Positions 1-12,700 of a DNA stretch of 64,000 nucleotides are shown here, piece by piece. The notes under the pieces are model-generated. The model saw only the letters and a program-made list of their open reading frames with translations, made no database searches and was not told where the DNA came from. Both the position numbers and the translations under genes were made by a program. Positions within the stretch are counted from its first letter, which is position 1. Every line of letters begins with the position of its first letter. Source of the DNA: Octopus vulgaris (lineage: Eukaryota); NCBI GenBank assembly GCA_951406725.2, contig OX597814.1:82398001-82462000 (forward strand), in the 5' to 3' direction.

Positions 1-1693
1 ATGAATATTATGATATATTAAATACGTTATAATACAGGTGGCTAAAACAAAAGTGAGTGAAATTAGATAGATGGAAACTGTAGAAGCACACCAAATGGAT
101 TGTACCTTTAACAAAAAGGTCCAGCCTAATCACAGTGTCATGCAGATACTGCCTGGGAATTACAAATAAGGTAACACATGGCTGTGGATTTTTCAGTCAC
201 TTACATGCTATTTCAGTGAACCTGGTAATCCAGTTGATTGAAATGAATGTCCATGGCTGGAAATTCTGACCAAGAACCATTACGTACACACTGTGGCCTC
301 TTCTGTCATAAATGACAAATGAATGCTCCTCAATTCCTTACTGAACAACAGCATGGATGATTTGTTTAAAATGATCAAATATCTGTGCTGTACATTAGCT
401 CACACCCTCCATCGAATCTCTACATTGCCTGTGCAGGTGCACAGTGTGCCACATGTCATTTGTGGAAATGATCACAGAGCAAAGTGAAATGAAGGGTTTT
501 GCTCCAAAACGCATACACTACCCAGTCAAAGAACTGTGAGTGCAACACCCTAACCACAAGGCTATGTGCTTTCATTATAGGTGGTGAAGTGATAGAGGCA
601 GAGTGTTTGATAGAAATTTAGCAACCACCACCAGTCAATTTTGCCTTTGATCTTTTCTGTGTTGATAAATAAATTTCCAATCCATGATGGTGGACTGTCA
701 GAAAGCAACCTTACAGCTTTTTGCATTTGAATTCAAATTCCACCTAGATGCTTAAAAAGCACCCACAGGCCTCATGCAACAAGTGTGCAGTCCTCAAAAC
801 AAAGCCAGCAATAAACAGATGGTGCTGAGCAGATGAGTTCCTTCTGCTGGGGTGACATGCAAAAATGCATGTAGCATGAACCTGGACTATACACGAGTTG
901 TCATACAGTACCCACCTAGATAATTTATCCCGATATACTTGTGAGTGTATATACACACTATAACCAAATTTTAACACAAAGCCAGCAGTAATGAGGTTGG
1001 AGAAGTTGATTATTACACTGATCTTATTATTTGACTGGCACTATATTTTACTGACTGTCCCACAGACACATACACATGAATGGATGAATGGCAAGGTTGA
1101 CCTCAGCGGGATTCAAACTCAATACATAAAGAACAAGAAAAGAATGTCGCTCCACATTTAGTCCAATGCACTGACAGTTCTGTTGGCCCACCTAATAATA
1201 ATAATTCTATCTACTACAGGCACAAGAAAACAGCATTTTGTCCAACATGTTGACAATTATGCCAGCACATCTCATAATAATGATTTCAAATTCTGGCATA
1301 GGGCCAACAATTTTAGGGGAGGAGTAAGCTAGTTACATCACCACCCAGTATTCAACTGGTACTTTTGCCAGCTTGCCACCTTTAATAATATAATGGCTTC
1401 AAATTTTGGCACAAGGACAGTATTATCAAGGAAGACAGTAAGTCAATTACATTAATCCCAGAGATCAACTGATAATTATTTTATCAACCCTAAAAGGATG
1501 GAAAGCAAAGTCAACCTCGGTGGAATTTGAACTCAACACAAGAATGAATGAATGAAAATATTGCTAAGCATTTTGCCCAGCAAGCTAACGATTTTGTCAG
1601 TTTGCCACCTTAATAACAATGAAAAGTGCTTACTGCAATTACTGACTGACTGACACTTTAGCACTAACCAGCTGACAGCATTATCAATGATCA

Positions 1694-3425
1694 CACTGGT
1701 CAACAAAAAAAAATTTTTTGAAAAGGTGTCAAGACACCAAACATCTTTTCTTAGCTAATTTGAGGGCACTGAATCTGAAAATGACCTTACTTTTTCTTGG
1801 TTAGCTACCGTTTTTGCTGTACAGAAATGCCATATTTGGGGGGAAAAAAGCATTTTGATTTATTTTCTATATATTTGATATTGATCGATGGCAATATTTC
1901 TCAAAGTAAAATCGTAGAAACCTCTCAATTCATATTTAAACCAACAAATATTCGTCTCCTTATTGAGAAATACTATTTTTGCAGTAACTACCAGACCCTA
2001 AGTCTTTAAAAATAACACGATTGAATATACCAGGACCAACAAGCATTTTCATCAAATCATTAAATAAACTAACAGCAGAGATAAAACCTTCATGTACACA
2101 AGAACTATGGTAAAAATTTTCTCTTTCATGATTGTCTGCCATGTTCAATGTTATTTAAACCCCTTTTGATACTCAAGCAGTAGTCAGCCATCATTCGTTT
2201 GTCCCACCGTCTCTGGTAGTGCTCTTCCATTGTTTTGATATCCTGATGGAATCGTTCTCCTTGCTCATCACTCACATTGCTGCAATTATCCAGAAACTTA
2301 TCTAGATGGCTATGTAAAAAATGAACCTTAATACTCATATTAGCACCTATGCCTTGTAGACTTTTCAACAGCTTTTCCTGGCCTGGCAATTGCCTAAGAA
2401 GTTTTTCACCATGTCAACAAGCGATGTCCAAGCACATAATTCCAAGTCATTCATTGAATTAAAAAATTCATCATCCTTATTGAGTTTCCTGATATCAGGA
2501 CTATCAAACACTCCTGCTTTGAGTATTTTGGTGCTAAGTCCTGGAAATGATTTACATATATACTCAAAACATTTACTTTCTTTACTGTTTCATTAATCCC
2601 AATTTGATATGCAAAGGAGGAAAGATGATTTTTTTTTTTCTTTTGGAACTAGCGCTGCACTAATAACTTTCTTTTCAATGACCTTCAACTCTCAGGGTGA
2701 CCAATCTTTCCTTTTCCAGTGCTCCTCTTTTGCTCTACTTTCCTACTTACACAAAAAACATGGGAATTTTGTGTAGCCACTTTGTTGACCAAGCACGAAA
2801 TTTACCATTTTCAAAATCGACACAACACCCATTTATATTTGGTGTAGTCAATCTGTTCCATAACCTGTCTGATGGCATCATGTTTTTCTTTCAGTGTTGT
2901 TGAATGACCTATAGGTATTGGTGCATACATGTTGGTATTATGGAGCAAAACACGTTTCAAACTACGTTTTGAACTATCAATGAACAATCTCTATTCATCA
3001 GAATCGTATTTGTAGATGCCTAGTCAAAGAAGAACGCTCTCAACGTCATTACAATGAACAAGATCCATGTTCTCATTAAAGAATGGTACAAATTCGGCAT
3101 CCCTATTTCAATAGAATGCTGCTAACAGGCGTTTTTCATTGAGCATAGATGGCAAAAGTTCTGATTCTTTGCTTAGATTTAAGTCTCAAACTAAATCATT
3201 CAGCTCATTTTGGTTAAACGGCTCTGGCATGGTTTCAGGACCGTTTTTGTTGTGTCTCTCATTTACATTAGTATCAGACTCGCCACTTTCAACAAGTTTC
3301 AACAAATTTTTGTGAAAAACTGGGATTGGTAAATCATCTGAATGTGGCAATGGTTGAATAGCAGAATGAAGACTGAGATAGTCGATAGATCTGCATTTCT
3401 TTTGGTTCAGTCCAGCAACACTGAC
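1694..3425 (-). mobile_element. Decayed Chapaev3-like (CMC superfamily) DNA transposon, 3' portion
   Basis: Minus-strand MSIKVHFLHSHLDKF...VSDEQGERFHQDIKTMEEHYQRRWDKRMMADYC (2126-2389) and LHSAIQPLPHSDDLPIPVF (~3320-3380) match recalled Chapaev3 transposase motifs. Many stops and frameshifts. Probable terminus CACTGGTCAAC at 1694. Confidence 0.7.
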
Positions 3426-3516
3426 TGATCCCAGTACTTACTTTTTAAACGTCTGGTATGTGTTCTATCGGTCACAATTATCGAATCGCTAAGTTACGAG
3501 GACGTAAAAACTAAGA

Positions 3517-3799
3517 GGAAATCAATCGTATTTGGTCTCGGAAAACAAAATATTTGTTCGGCAAGTTCAGTATAAAATTTTATTTCTTTAATGTTTATTT
3601 TTTTGCAATCAGTTGCAAAAACACGGTCGCACACACACGCCACTGTTCGGGTCGCCTGTGCAAATGAAAGACAATGAGTGTGTGACCGTGTTTTTCACTG
3701 TTGAGCTGCAAAAATAAACATTTAAGAAATAAAAAAAAATGACACAGAATTTTCCAAACAAATACTGTGTTCTCCAAGACCAAATATGATTGATTGCCC
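3517..3799. mobile_element. Palindromic MITE inserted in a SINE
   Basis: Imperfect ~50-bp terminal inverted repeats (GGAAATCAATCGTATTTGGTCTCGG... and ...CCAAGACCAAATATGATTGATTGCCC) plus an internal inverted pair (AAAAACACGGTC/GACCGTGTTTTT). SINE sequence lies on both sides. Confidence 0.7.
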
Positions 3800-6185
3800 A
3801 CAAAGATACACGTACGTGTGTGTGTGAGTGTATATATATATACACACACATTCATACAACGGGCTTCTCTCAGTTTCCGTCTACTAAATCCACTTCAAAT
3901 GAAAGCGATGGTCACTATATTCAATCGAGAACTGTCTACATTTTTTAATTCACTTAAACCATGCGCCCACCAGCAAGCAGCCAAAATTTCTACAAGATGG
4001 CCTTCAGTAAAGTCATTCCTAAATACTGTGGACTTCAGTTATACAACTCCTTGTGGGAAATAATAAATGCTCCCCCACTCACTCCGATCCTAGCAAAGAA
4101 TAAAAAGCAAAAACAGGACACACTGGATAATGTACTTTTCGCTACACAATGCTTGGGGGGAAAAAAAGAATGGGTACGGTAGTAATGCCAGTCATCTTTT
4201 ACTTGTTTCATTCATTGGACTGCAGCCATGCTGGAGTACCGCCTTGAAGGGTTTGACTGAATAAATCGAGCCAAGTACTTAATTTTTAAGCCTGGTAACT
4301 ATTCTATCGCGCTCTTTATGTAGAACCTCCAAGCTCCGAGTACGTAAACAAACGTGTGTTTGTGCACATATATACGTGTTTATGTACACACAGACGATGG
4401 GCTCCTTTCAGTTTCTAGGCAATAGTGGACCACGCCGTGCGATCGAACCCGGAACCACGTGGTTAGGAAGTTCCTATCATAGTCACGAGCATGCCTCTAT
4501 TTTGTTTATTTACTTATTGAATTCCTTGTTATATCTATATTTTTTTAACCATTTTCTTAGTTTATTTTTGTAAAGCGTGTTCTTGCTTCCAATAAATTGC
4601 AGTTCTAAATTTTTATTGTAGTATTCTCAAATGAAATGAATTTTAGACTTAATCACACACACAAAAAAAATTTTATTTTATGGTATTTATATTCAAAGTC
4701 ATATTCCAGCTAAATCAGGAGGAAAATCCTTAACACTTTCACAGAATACAAAATAAAGATGTTTGCAGTTAAGGAAGAAAATACGGTCAAGAAGGGTTCC
4801 TGAAATGCAATCTGTCGCCTGACGCTCATCAAGGGAAGTAATCAATTCTTGAACTCGTACTGAAACTATTTCATCATCATATGAAATAGCTGCTACCGAC
4901 TTAAAATTATTACTATTATTATAATTATAGACTAATATAGTCCAAAATTTAGGCAGAAGTGGATAATAGCTTTCATTATATTAATACGTAGAAAGCTGTT
5001 CACAAAGAACTTTATATGATACTCTTTATTTGAATGATTTAGTGCTACTACAGAATCGAATCACCCCTTAAAAATTTGAAGATTCGTTTCAACAATGTGT
5101 TTCATATAAAAGCAATTTTTAAAGAGAATTATTGAGATATACTTTATTAAAACTACAGCGAAATTAACACACACACACACACTAGACCGACTGTATAAAG
5201 AAAATGATTTCCTAAACATAGAATTCCAAAAATAAAATTGGTTAATGTTCAAATTTCTAGTAATTTTTCGGACAAGTTTAAAAAATTTTTTATAGTAACT
5301 AACAAGAAGCTATTAGTAACCTTGAAAATATTAGCTTGTTTCAATCTCTTTTGGACACCATTTACATGGGTTAATGTTATAAAGTTTATCTACATTTCTA
5401 ATCTAAAACTAAACTAATAAAGCTAGTAAACCAACAACTGATCCAATGGTTTGAAAAACGTGTCGGTTAAATGTATGTTAAAATGTACTGCAAAAGAGAG
5501 AAAAAGAGATAGAGACTACAATTACTGTTAGGCTTCTACAGTAAATAATTTCAGAACAATAAAAAAAAAATCAGTGGAAATAATAAATATTGAAACTTGG
5601 AAATGTTTATATATTACATACAAGTCAGTAAATAAATTTCGTTTTAAACTTGAAATGAAAGTTAAATTTCAGCAATAAACAAAATGAAATTAAAAGTTGA
5701 AGTCGAATATATTTCTATATCAATATAACAACCAGGTATCAAAATTTAACGCGACTTGTGATCACTTTATTCTGTATATTGTAGTCATTAACTTCAACTA
5801 TTTAAGGTAAGACTAAGAATCATTAAACGATACAATCTAAATAAAAACGTGTATGTCTCTCTATATGCAAAAAGAGACATTATTAAAACGGAGACAACTT
5901 TCCGAATGATTAAAAATTCAGGCACAAATTTTTTTTAAAAAAAAGGCATAATTAATGGGTATTAGTAAAAAATGCAGGTTATAATCAAACTAAACTGAAA
6001 TGTATGGACAAAAAGTCATAGCAATCATAATTAAAAAAAAAATTTCAAATAATCCTAATGCTGAGTTGGATTATGATAAATGAAATACTGGTTGCTTGCT
6101 TTTAGAAGAGACAACTTAAACACGAAATGAATTCAAGTTAAAATAAAAATTATTTGTAGGCAAATAAGTGATATTCTAACCTTAC

Positions 6186-6195
6186 CTCTAGGCAT
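6186..6195 (-). CDS. Putative first coding exon (MPRG...) of a gene divergent from BUD31, possibly PDAP1; remaining exons not in window
   Basis: Minus strand reads ACAGG ATG CCT AGA G|GTAAGG: ATG followed by a strong donor, 545 bp from the BUD31 ATG. PDAP1 identity is inferred only from the MP(K/R)G start, the tiny first coding exon and human synteny. Confidence 0.45.
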
Positions 6196-6199
6196 CCTG

Positions 6200-6740
6200 T
6201 TAGCTGTTTAGTTTCGACAGTTTTTAAGTGTTGCTTTATGAAAAAGTAATAGAAACTGGTGTAGTTTTGTGACGGTAAACGGGGTAGAGCCGTGAGGAAA
6301 GCGCCACACAGGTGGGGAGCGTCGAATATTTGTGATGAGAAGTTTTTATAAAAATCGTTGAGAACGAAACGAGTTTTTTCAACACAATGACTGGTCCCCT
6401 ATATTATTAATCTGCGAAGACTTTACAGACGCATCGTAGGATCTACAAATAGGAATAAATTTATTTACATTATTCATTTGTGTTTGAATAGTCGGAATAA
6501 ATTCTATCTGCTCGATAAATGAATACTGTTAAATTTATAAGTTGTAGCGTATAAATGTATATAACATATAAGAAAACAAAAACTTGTAGAAGTTGCGTGA
6601 GAACGTGACTTGAAGCTACTTCCGGCTAATTGGAATTGTACGAATAGATTTACTGTTGTATTTGTACACATTAAAATAACATAGAAACATAACACTTGTA
6701 GAAATTATTTTAAACACTCAAAACACAAGTTAAAACAGCT
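6200..6740. promoter_or_regulatory. Probable bidirectional promoter / 5' UTR region
   Basis: CpG-retaining interval between two divergent ATGs, with an ETS-type ACTTCCGG at 6618-6625. Confidence 0.5.
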
Positions 6741-9700
6741 ATGCCTAAGGTAAGAAGGAGTAAAAAGTCTCCCCCCGAAGGCTGGGAACTTATTGAGCCA
6801 ACACTAGATGAGTTAGAACAAAAAATGCGAGAAGGTAATATACAATGTTTTTTTTCTAAAATTTTCCAACAGTTTATTCTTTGCTCAGACTTGGAACGAG
6901 CTTATTAAAGATGTTCCAGTAATAACGATCCCGACTTTTAATCAGGCATAATGTATCTAAGACTATATTAGCTAAGTGCGACCTTCCTAGAGTATTGTGA
7001 CAGATTTGGGCACTATTTCTAGCAAGTTAAGCATCCTCAGCTGGATAGTATAGTTCACACATTATATTATACAAAGTCAGCAAAAACAAAATAGAATGAA
7101 TATCTTGGAAAAACAGGCGAATGTAAAGAATACGCACATCCGGTGGTTAGGGTTACGACGAAAACTGGTGGTATTCTTTACCTCCGCTAGAAAAATATTA
7201 CTCTATGAAACTATGCCAGAATTTTAGATTCGGAATTTATGTAGATTCGGAAACATCAACAAAACTTTAGTAAATGAAATTGGGACGTTATATTCAAAGA
7301 TCGCCTCGCATTCAAATTATGGAAGAGCCATATTTGACAATTTAGAAACACTCACACCGCTACATTTACTTATTACTGTATACTGTAAAGACGCAGCGGG
7401 ATTTGGTGGGTGCCAGTTTAAAACTAGGTTTTGGTACTAGATTTCTGAAGGAGTCGCTTTATTTGTCACTCGATAGTAAAACATTATCAAGAAATAAAAG
7501 TGAATCTCACTGCCACTATTTACCATGCAGTTGTGTCTAAAATTCACGTATATGTAGATAGAGGAATGAATATATAACTAAATTTCAAATTCGATTTCAT
7601 ATCACACTGCCTTTTCTATTGGAATAGTTGTTGTCAAGGAGTAATTACTGGTATTGTTTATGGCACTGCATTCATACTAGCAATCAGAATGTTGTTTACA
7701 TTATGAACAATATTATGTGTTAGGGGATAGCGACGGTGGAAAGAACCCCAATCGATTAATGTTTTCTTTAACTCCTGGTCACCAAAATAAAATTTAAAAA
7801 AAATATATATGTAGCAAACAAATATAAAAGCAAACATTTGTACAAACGAGAGGGGACGGGGAAGTCTTTCAGAAAATTCACGTTCCAATTTTTTCCTAAT
7901 AACTTTCAGAAAAATGGATATATATTTATGAAATTTTATAGAAATACCTTTCAAGTTACATCGATTACGATTATAAAGAAATTTGTGAGAGGGAAATGTT
8001 TTCCGAATGGGTGGGGAGAGGATTTTGAGAAAATTCACACGATCCGATTTTTTCCCTCGTAACTTTCAGGAAAATGGGTATCTTTTAATGAAAGTTTATA
8101 CAAATACTTTTCAAATGACATAGATTACAATTATAAAGATATTTGTGGGGAGATAATTTTGTCCAAGGGGGTGGGGAGAGGAGTTTCGGATCTTTTCGGT
8201 TTGAACGGCAGTTTTCAACATAATTTCTAGGTAACTAATGTGTTTTTAAAACATCTTTTTCTCTTGGCTTTATTGAAAAAATTCTATAGTTTGTAAGATA
8301 TTTCGTCTTTAATTTCTTGCATTTCGGCAATTTTAAACCGAAAAGATCCGGAGTTTCGGATCAAGAAGACCACATAAGATGAAATCTCTCCGTTTTGACG
8401 GGGATTTTTCCAATTGTTTTTCACCACGGCCTTCGAAATGATGGAGAGTGATTTGTATAGTTTGCCCTAAGTGATTTGTATATCTTGCTGGCCTTGTGCC
8501 AACATTTGTAACCAATATTATTTTCTAAGCTGTGACAAGCTTTGCAAAATTAATTCAAGTTTTTCTCCAAGCTACAAGATTTTCTGTATTTTCTGAGTTG
8601 GGATTCTGAAATGCCACTTCATTTTTTTCTATTTTTACTTCCTTTCTGTCTTTTCTTTTTTAATTTCATTTTTATCTCCTTTTTTGTTTTTTCTTTCCTG
8701 TGATCTTTCTTTATCCATAATGTATATATATACAAAAACATAAGTTGTCTGGACAAGTATTAAAGTGTTCAATGGACAATTATAACAGTTGGTTAAAACT
8801 TAAATTGTCTATCCTATCTGCTGTGATGCAAATATGAAGACAGTAAAGGAATGAGTTTCCTTGAGAGATAGAGAAACAAATAGCATTCACCATAAAAAAA
8901 TTATCTTCAGAGAGTAGAAAAGCAACATGCATAAACTGATTAATTTTTAGTACTTACAGAATGTTATACTATATGTAAATTTAGGGAAAGCAAATAAACA
9001 AAAAAAAAATAAAATAAAGCAATATATCAATTAATTTCTATGAAATTAATAGAAAACATAAGATTTTTATAAAAGAAAACCCTCCCCATAGAGAGAGACA
9101 CATACAAGGAGGTGCTGAAAAGTTCCTGGCTTTAACGTTATTGCTAAAGGCCTGGTTGGAGGCCCAACCTGCTGAGTTCTTTTACAGGGCTTAGAAAAAC
9201 TGAAGGTCTGCTACAATAAGTGTGTGAATCTGAGAGGGAGATATCTTGAATAAAATCATAATTAACTGATCTTCCTGTATTTTCTTTTACCCAAAGCTAG
9301 GAACTTTTCAGCACCCCCTCGTACACAGTGCATAAAATGAAAGTATTAGTCTTGTAAAGAAAATATTACAATAAATAATTTTAACTCCATGATACATGCA
9401 CGCATGCAAAAGTAAGTTTATTTTACAAACAGATGTTGAGGAATTGCCATTATGATTATAAAGCATCTACTTACATTTTTTGTTTTTAATTCTGTCTTGG
9501 ATTCATCTAACCAAGCAGATTTTTCATTGGAAGATTATGGTACTTTGGTAGTCTTCTAACTGTTCACTATGAAGTATTATTTACTGTTACCTGTTGCTTA
9601 AATGCAGCTTAATTTTGTTGAAGTTTTTATTGTAAAACATTGCCTGAGTGTTTATTGGTGACTTTTAATCTGCTTTTATGAAACATACATTAAAAAATTT

Positions 9701-12700
9701 TTAAGAGACAATCCTATGATTTGTATATCTCAGGAATGAAAAGTATTACAAATAAACAATTAACCCAAAGGTTATTTATTTTACAATAAAGAGGAACACA
9801 CCTGTGCACACAAACAGTCAGTTAATTCCAAAGGAAATAGGTCAATTATTTCCAAGAACAAATATAAAAATATCATACCAATAATACAATTATGGTTATT
9901 GTTTGACAACCTTAGCAATATAATGTAAATGGTATCGTGCGAACAGTTACTTGCAGGTGCAAGCTGGATAAAATGGAAATATTCTGACAGAACCAAAGTA
10001 ACTTCAAGAAATGGGAATGCAACTCCCCTATTGACACCATATGTTACTGGAATACAGAATCACAAACTATGAAACATCTGGCTGTTAAACAATGCCTCAA
10101 ATAACTTATTTGTCCAACTGATGCAAACATGGAAATATACATGGAAAAAGAAACAAACTTATCTTATTTTCATTTTCAAGGCCATTAACCATTTTAAACC
10201 ATTGCAGCTTAGCAAAATAGTACTTATTATTAAGTCTTGTAATTAGTTTCATTCTATCTTTTTCAGCGGAAACTGAACCACATGAAGGAAAGAGGAAAGT
10301 TGAGGCTTTATGGCCAATTTTCAGAATTCACCATCAGAGATCACGTTATATTTATGATCTTTTCTACAGACGACATGCCATTAGTCGAGGCAAGTAATTA
10401 TTTGTGATCAGTTTTTTTTTCCCACTCTATACCTATACTTTTTTACCAGTAATTTTGGTTTTACCAAAATACTTATTGTTGATATCATAAGAATTTATAA
10501 ACTTTTGAGAGAACATTAAATAATTCTTTTTTGGAACAGTGGATTTCAAAGCACATAAAGCATGTAAGTATTATGTTGAAGAACTCTTCACCAACAGCCT
10601 TTAACTTTTTCTGTCTGAAAAGGCCTTCTCAACCCAGTATTTTCATGTTATTATTTATAACTCTATATGCTTTGAAATCCACTATTCTAAAATACTTATA
10701 TTTGAGTCTTGTGTGTCTTTAGCAGAGCTATATTCTGCTGCTTTCACAGAAAATACCTATATTGTAAAATTTGAACTGATTATTAAATGTGTATTATTGT
10801 TTGTCTTTTTTTTTTACAGAACTCTATGAATATTGTTTACGAGAAGGTATAGCAGATAAAAATTTGATTGCTAAATGGAAAAAACAGGGCTATGAAAATC
10901 TTTGTTGCTTGCGTTGTATTCAAACCAGGGATACTAATTTCCAGACAAATTGTATTTGCCGTGTTCCAAAAAGCAAACTAGAAGAGGTAAGGACATCTTC
11001 AAATTTAACTTGAAATTTGAAAAAAAATTATTCAGTGCTGGTTAAATCAGCCCAGATCAAACAGACCTATGATCAAAGGTATTCCAGCTTTGACCATCCT
11101 ATCTTTTTGTATATCAAAGATTACATTGTCCAATAATTTCTAGCAGACTGAATGACAACTTAAAGGTTCATAAGCAGGTGAAATGAAATGAAAAAAAAAG
11201 AAAAGTTGCATTTATTACATTATTTCATAAAATGCACAATTTGTCTACTAAAACTAATTGGCTAGCAATTAAATTTATATTAATCCTATCTTTTCTTTTT
11301 CGTTAATGTTACTGCTCTTTTGAGTATGCTATACTGTACTTCAGAATATATCAACAGACTTTTAACCAACCCTATGTACAGCAGATGTAGATACCTTTAC
11401 TTTACAATATCTTTGTGGATGGCCTGACTAGTTTCAATACTGTGCTGAGATTTGTGATACAGTACTTTCTGATGGAGAGTACTCTTCACAGATACTGCTT
11501 ATAAATCAACTAAAATGATTTTATTGACTGAGCCATTTCAGTCAACATATACAACTCCGCTCTCACTACTTTGATCAACTACAAACATACTGACTCACAC
11601 TCATACTTCTCCTCCTCCCAATAAATTAATTGAAGAGTGCAGAGAACAGGGATGGACTGTTGAGTATTACCATCTAGTGGGGGCTAGAGGCTTCATTGAA
11701 AGGAAAATGACAATGTTATTTAAAAGAAGGTTTGCATTTTCAAGCTCAGAGCTAAGAAAAGTAATAAGGAGAATACAGGAGGCAATCGAAAAACCAGCTT
11801 CTATATGTGGCTGAAATAAGAAGACTTAAAAGGGCTTGAAAGCCATAACATGCCAACTGAGAAATAGCGTCACTAGGTGATGCTGGCTGACACTTAAGCC
11901 GAATTACTGATTGACAGGTGGACCAAGGTAGCGGTCTCGTTCATAGTGCCCCTTCCTCCCAGTTTGATGGCTTGTACCACCTAACAGCTAGTTGGCTCTG
12001 GTTGCTGGAACTGAAACTAACACAATACTGTTGGAAGGCAGGTTTAGAGAGGGTGCAGGCTAAAACTACATGCCCTTCTCCTCCATTGGTCAGTCAAAAC
12101 TTAGTGTCACATGATAGTTAGCTGGTGCTGGCTGCTGGAGCTTACTGGTGAGTATTTAAAGGGAAATTTGGCAGGTTGGTCACTCGCCCACTGACATTCA
12201 TTGACACTGCATCAAAGAACAGAAGAAAAAGGGAGAAAGAAGAAACGCACTCAACACCAGAGCTGAAGACATCTCTGAAAGTGGGGGGCATCCATGTCGA
12301 AAACGGTAGAGGAATAGGAGCCAAAACCGGACATGGTTCCTCCTGATGATGTCTTCAGCCACTGGATCCTATAAAGGAGCTGTTGAGGTAGCGAACCGTG
12401 CAATGTAGTTGGAATTCCTCCAATATATATTGTTGAAATTTACTGACAAACAGGCAGGTAACAGCAAGTGGGTGCGGGGAAAGAGAGCAGAGAAATGTGC
12501 TCTGGCAAAGGTGGTGTAGGTAATGGTGAGGGGAAATTCATGAAGGATGAAGTGGCGAGCCATGAGTTGAGACTGAGTCTCAAAGTCATGGTTGTCACTG
12601 CAGAGTCTGTGCAGATGGAGGAATTGGGAGTAGGGGATGGAGAGTTTGGTGGGAGGAGGAAAAGTATGAGTGTGAGTCAGTGTTTTTGTAGTTGATTAAG

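Noticed and set aside
1-6100. Downstream exons of the putative PDAP1-like gene
   Set aside because: No minus-strand segment with PDAP1-like sequence was found; ORF 744-977 and the acceptor-like site near 4800 give unrelated peptides.
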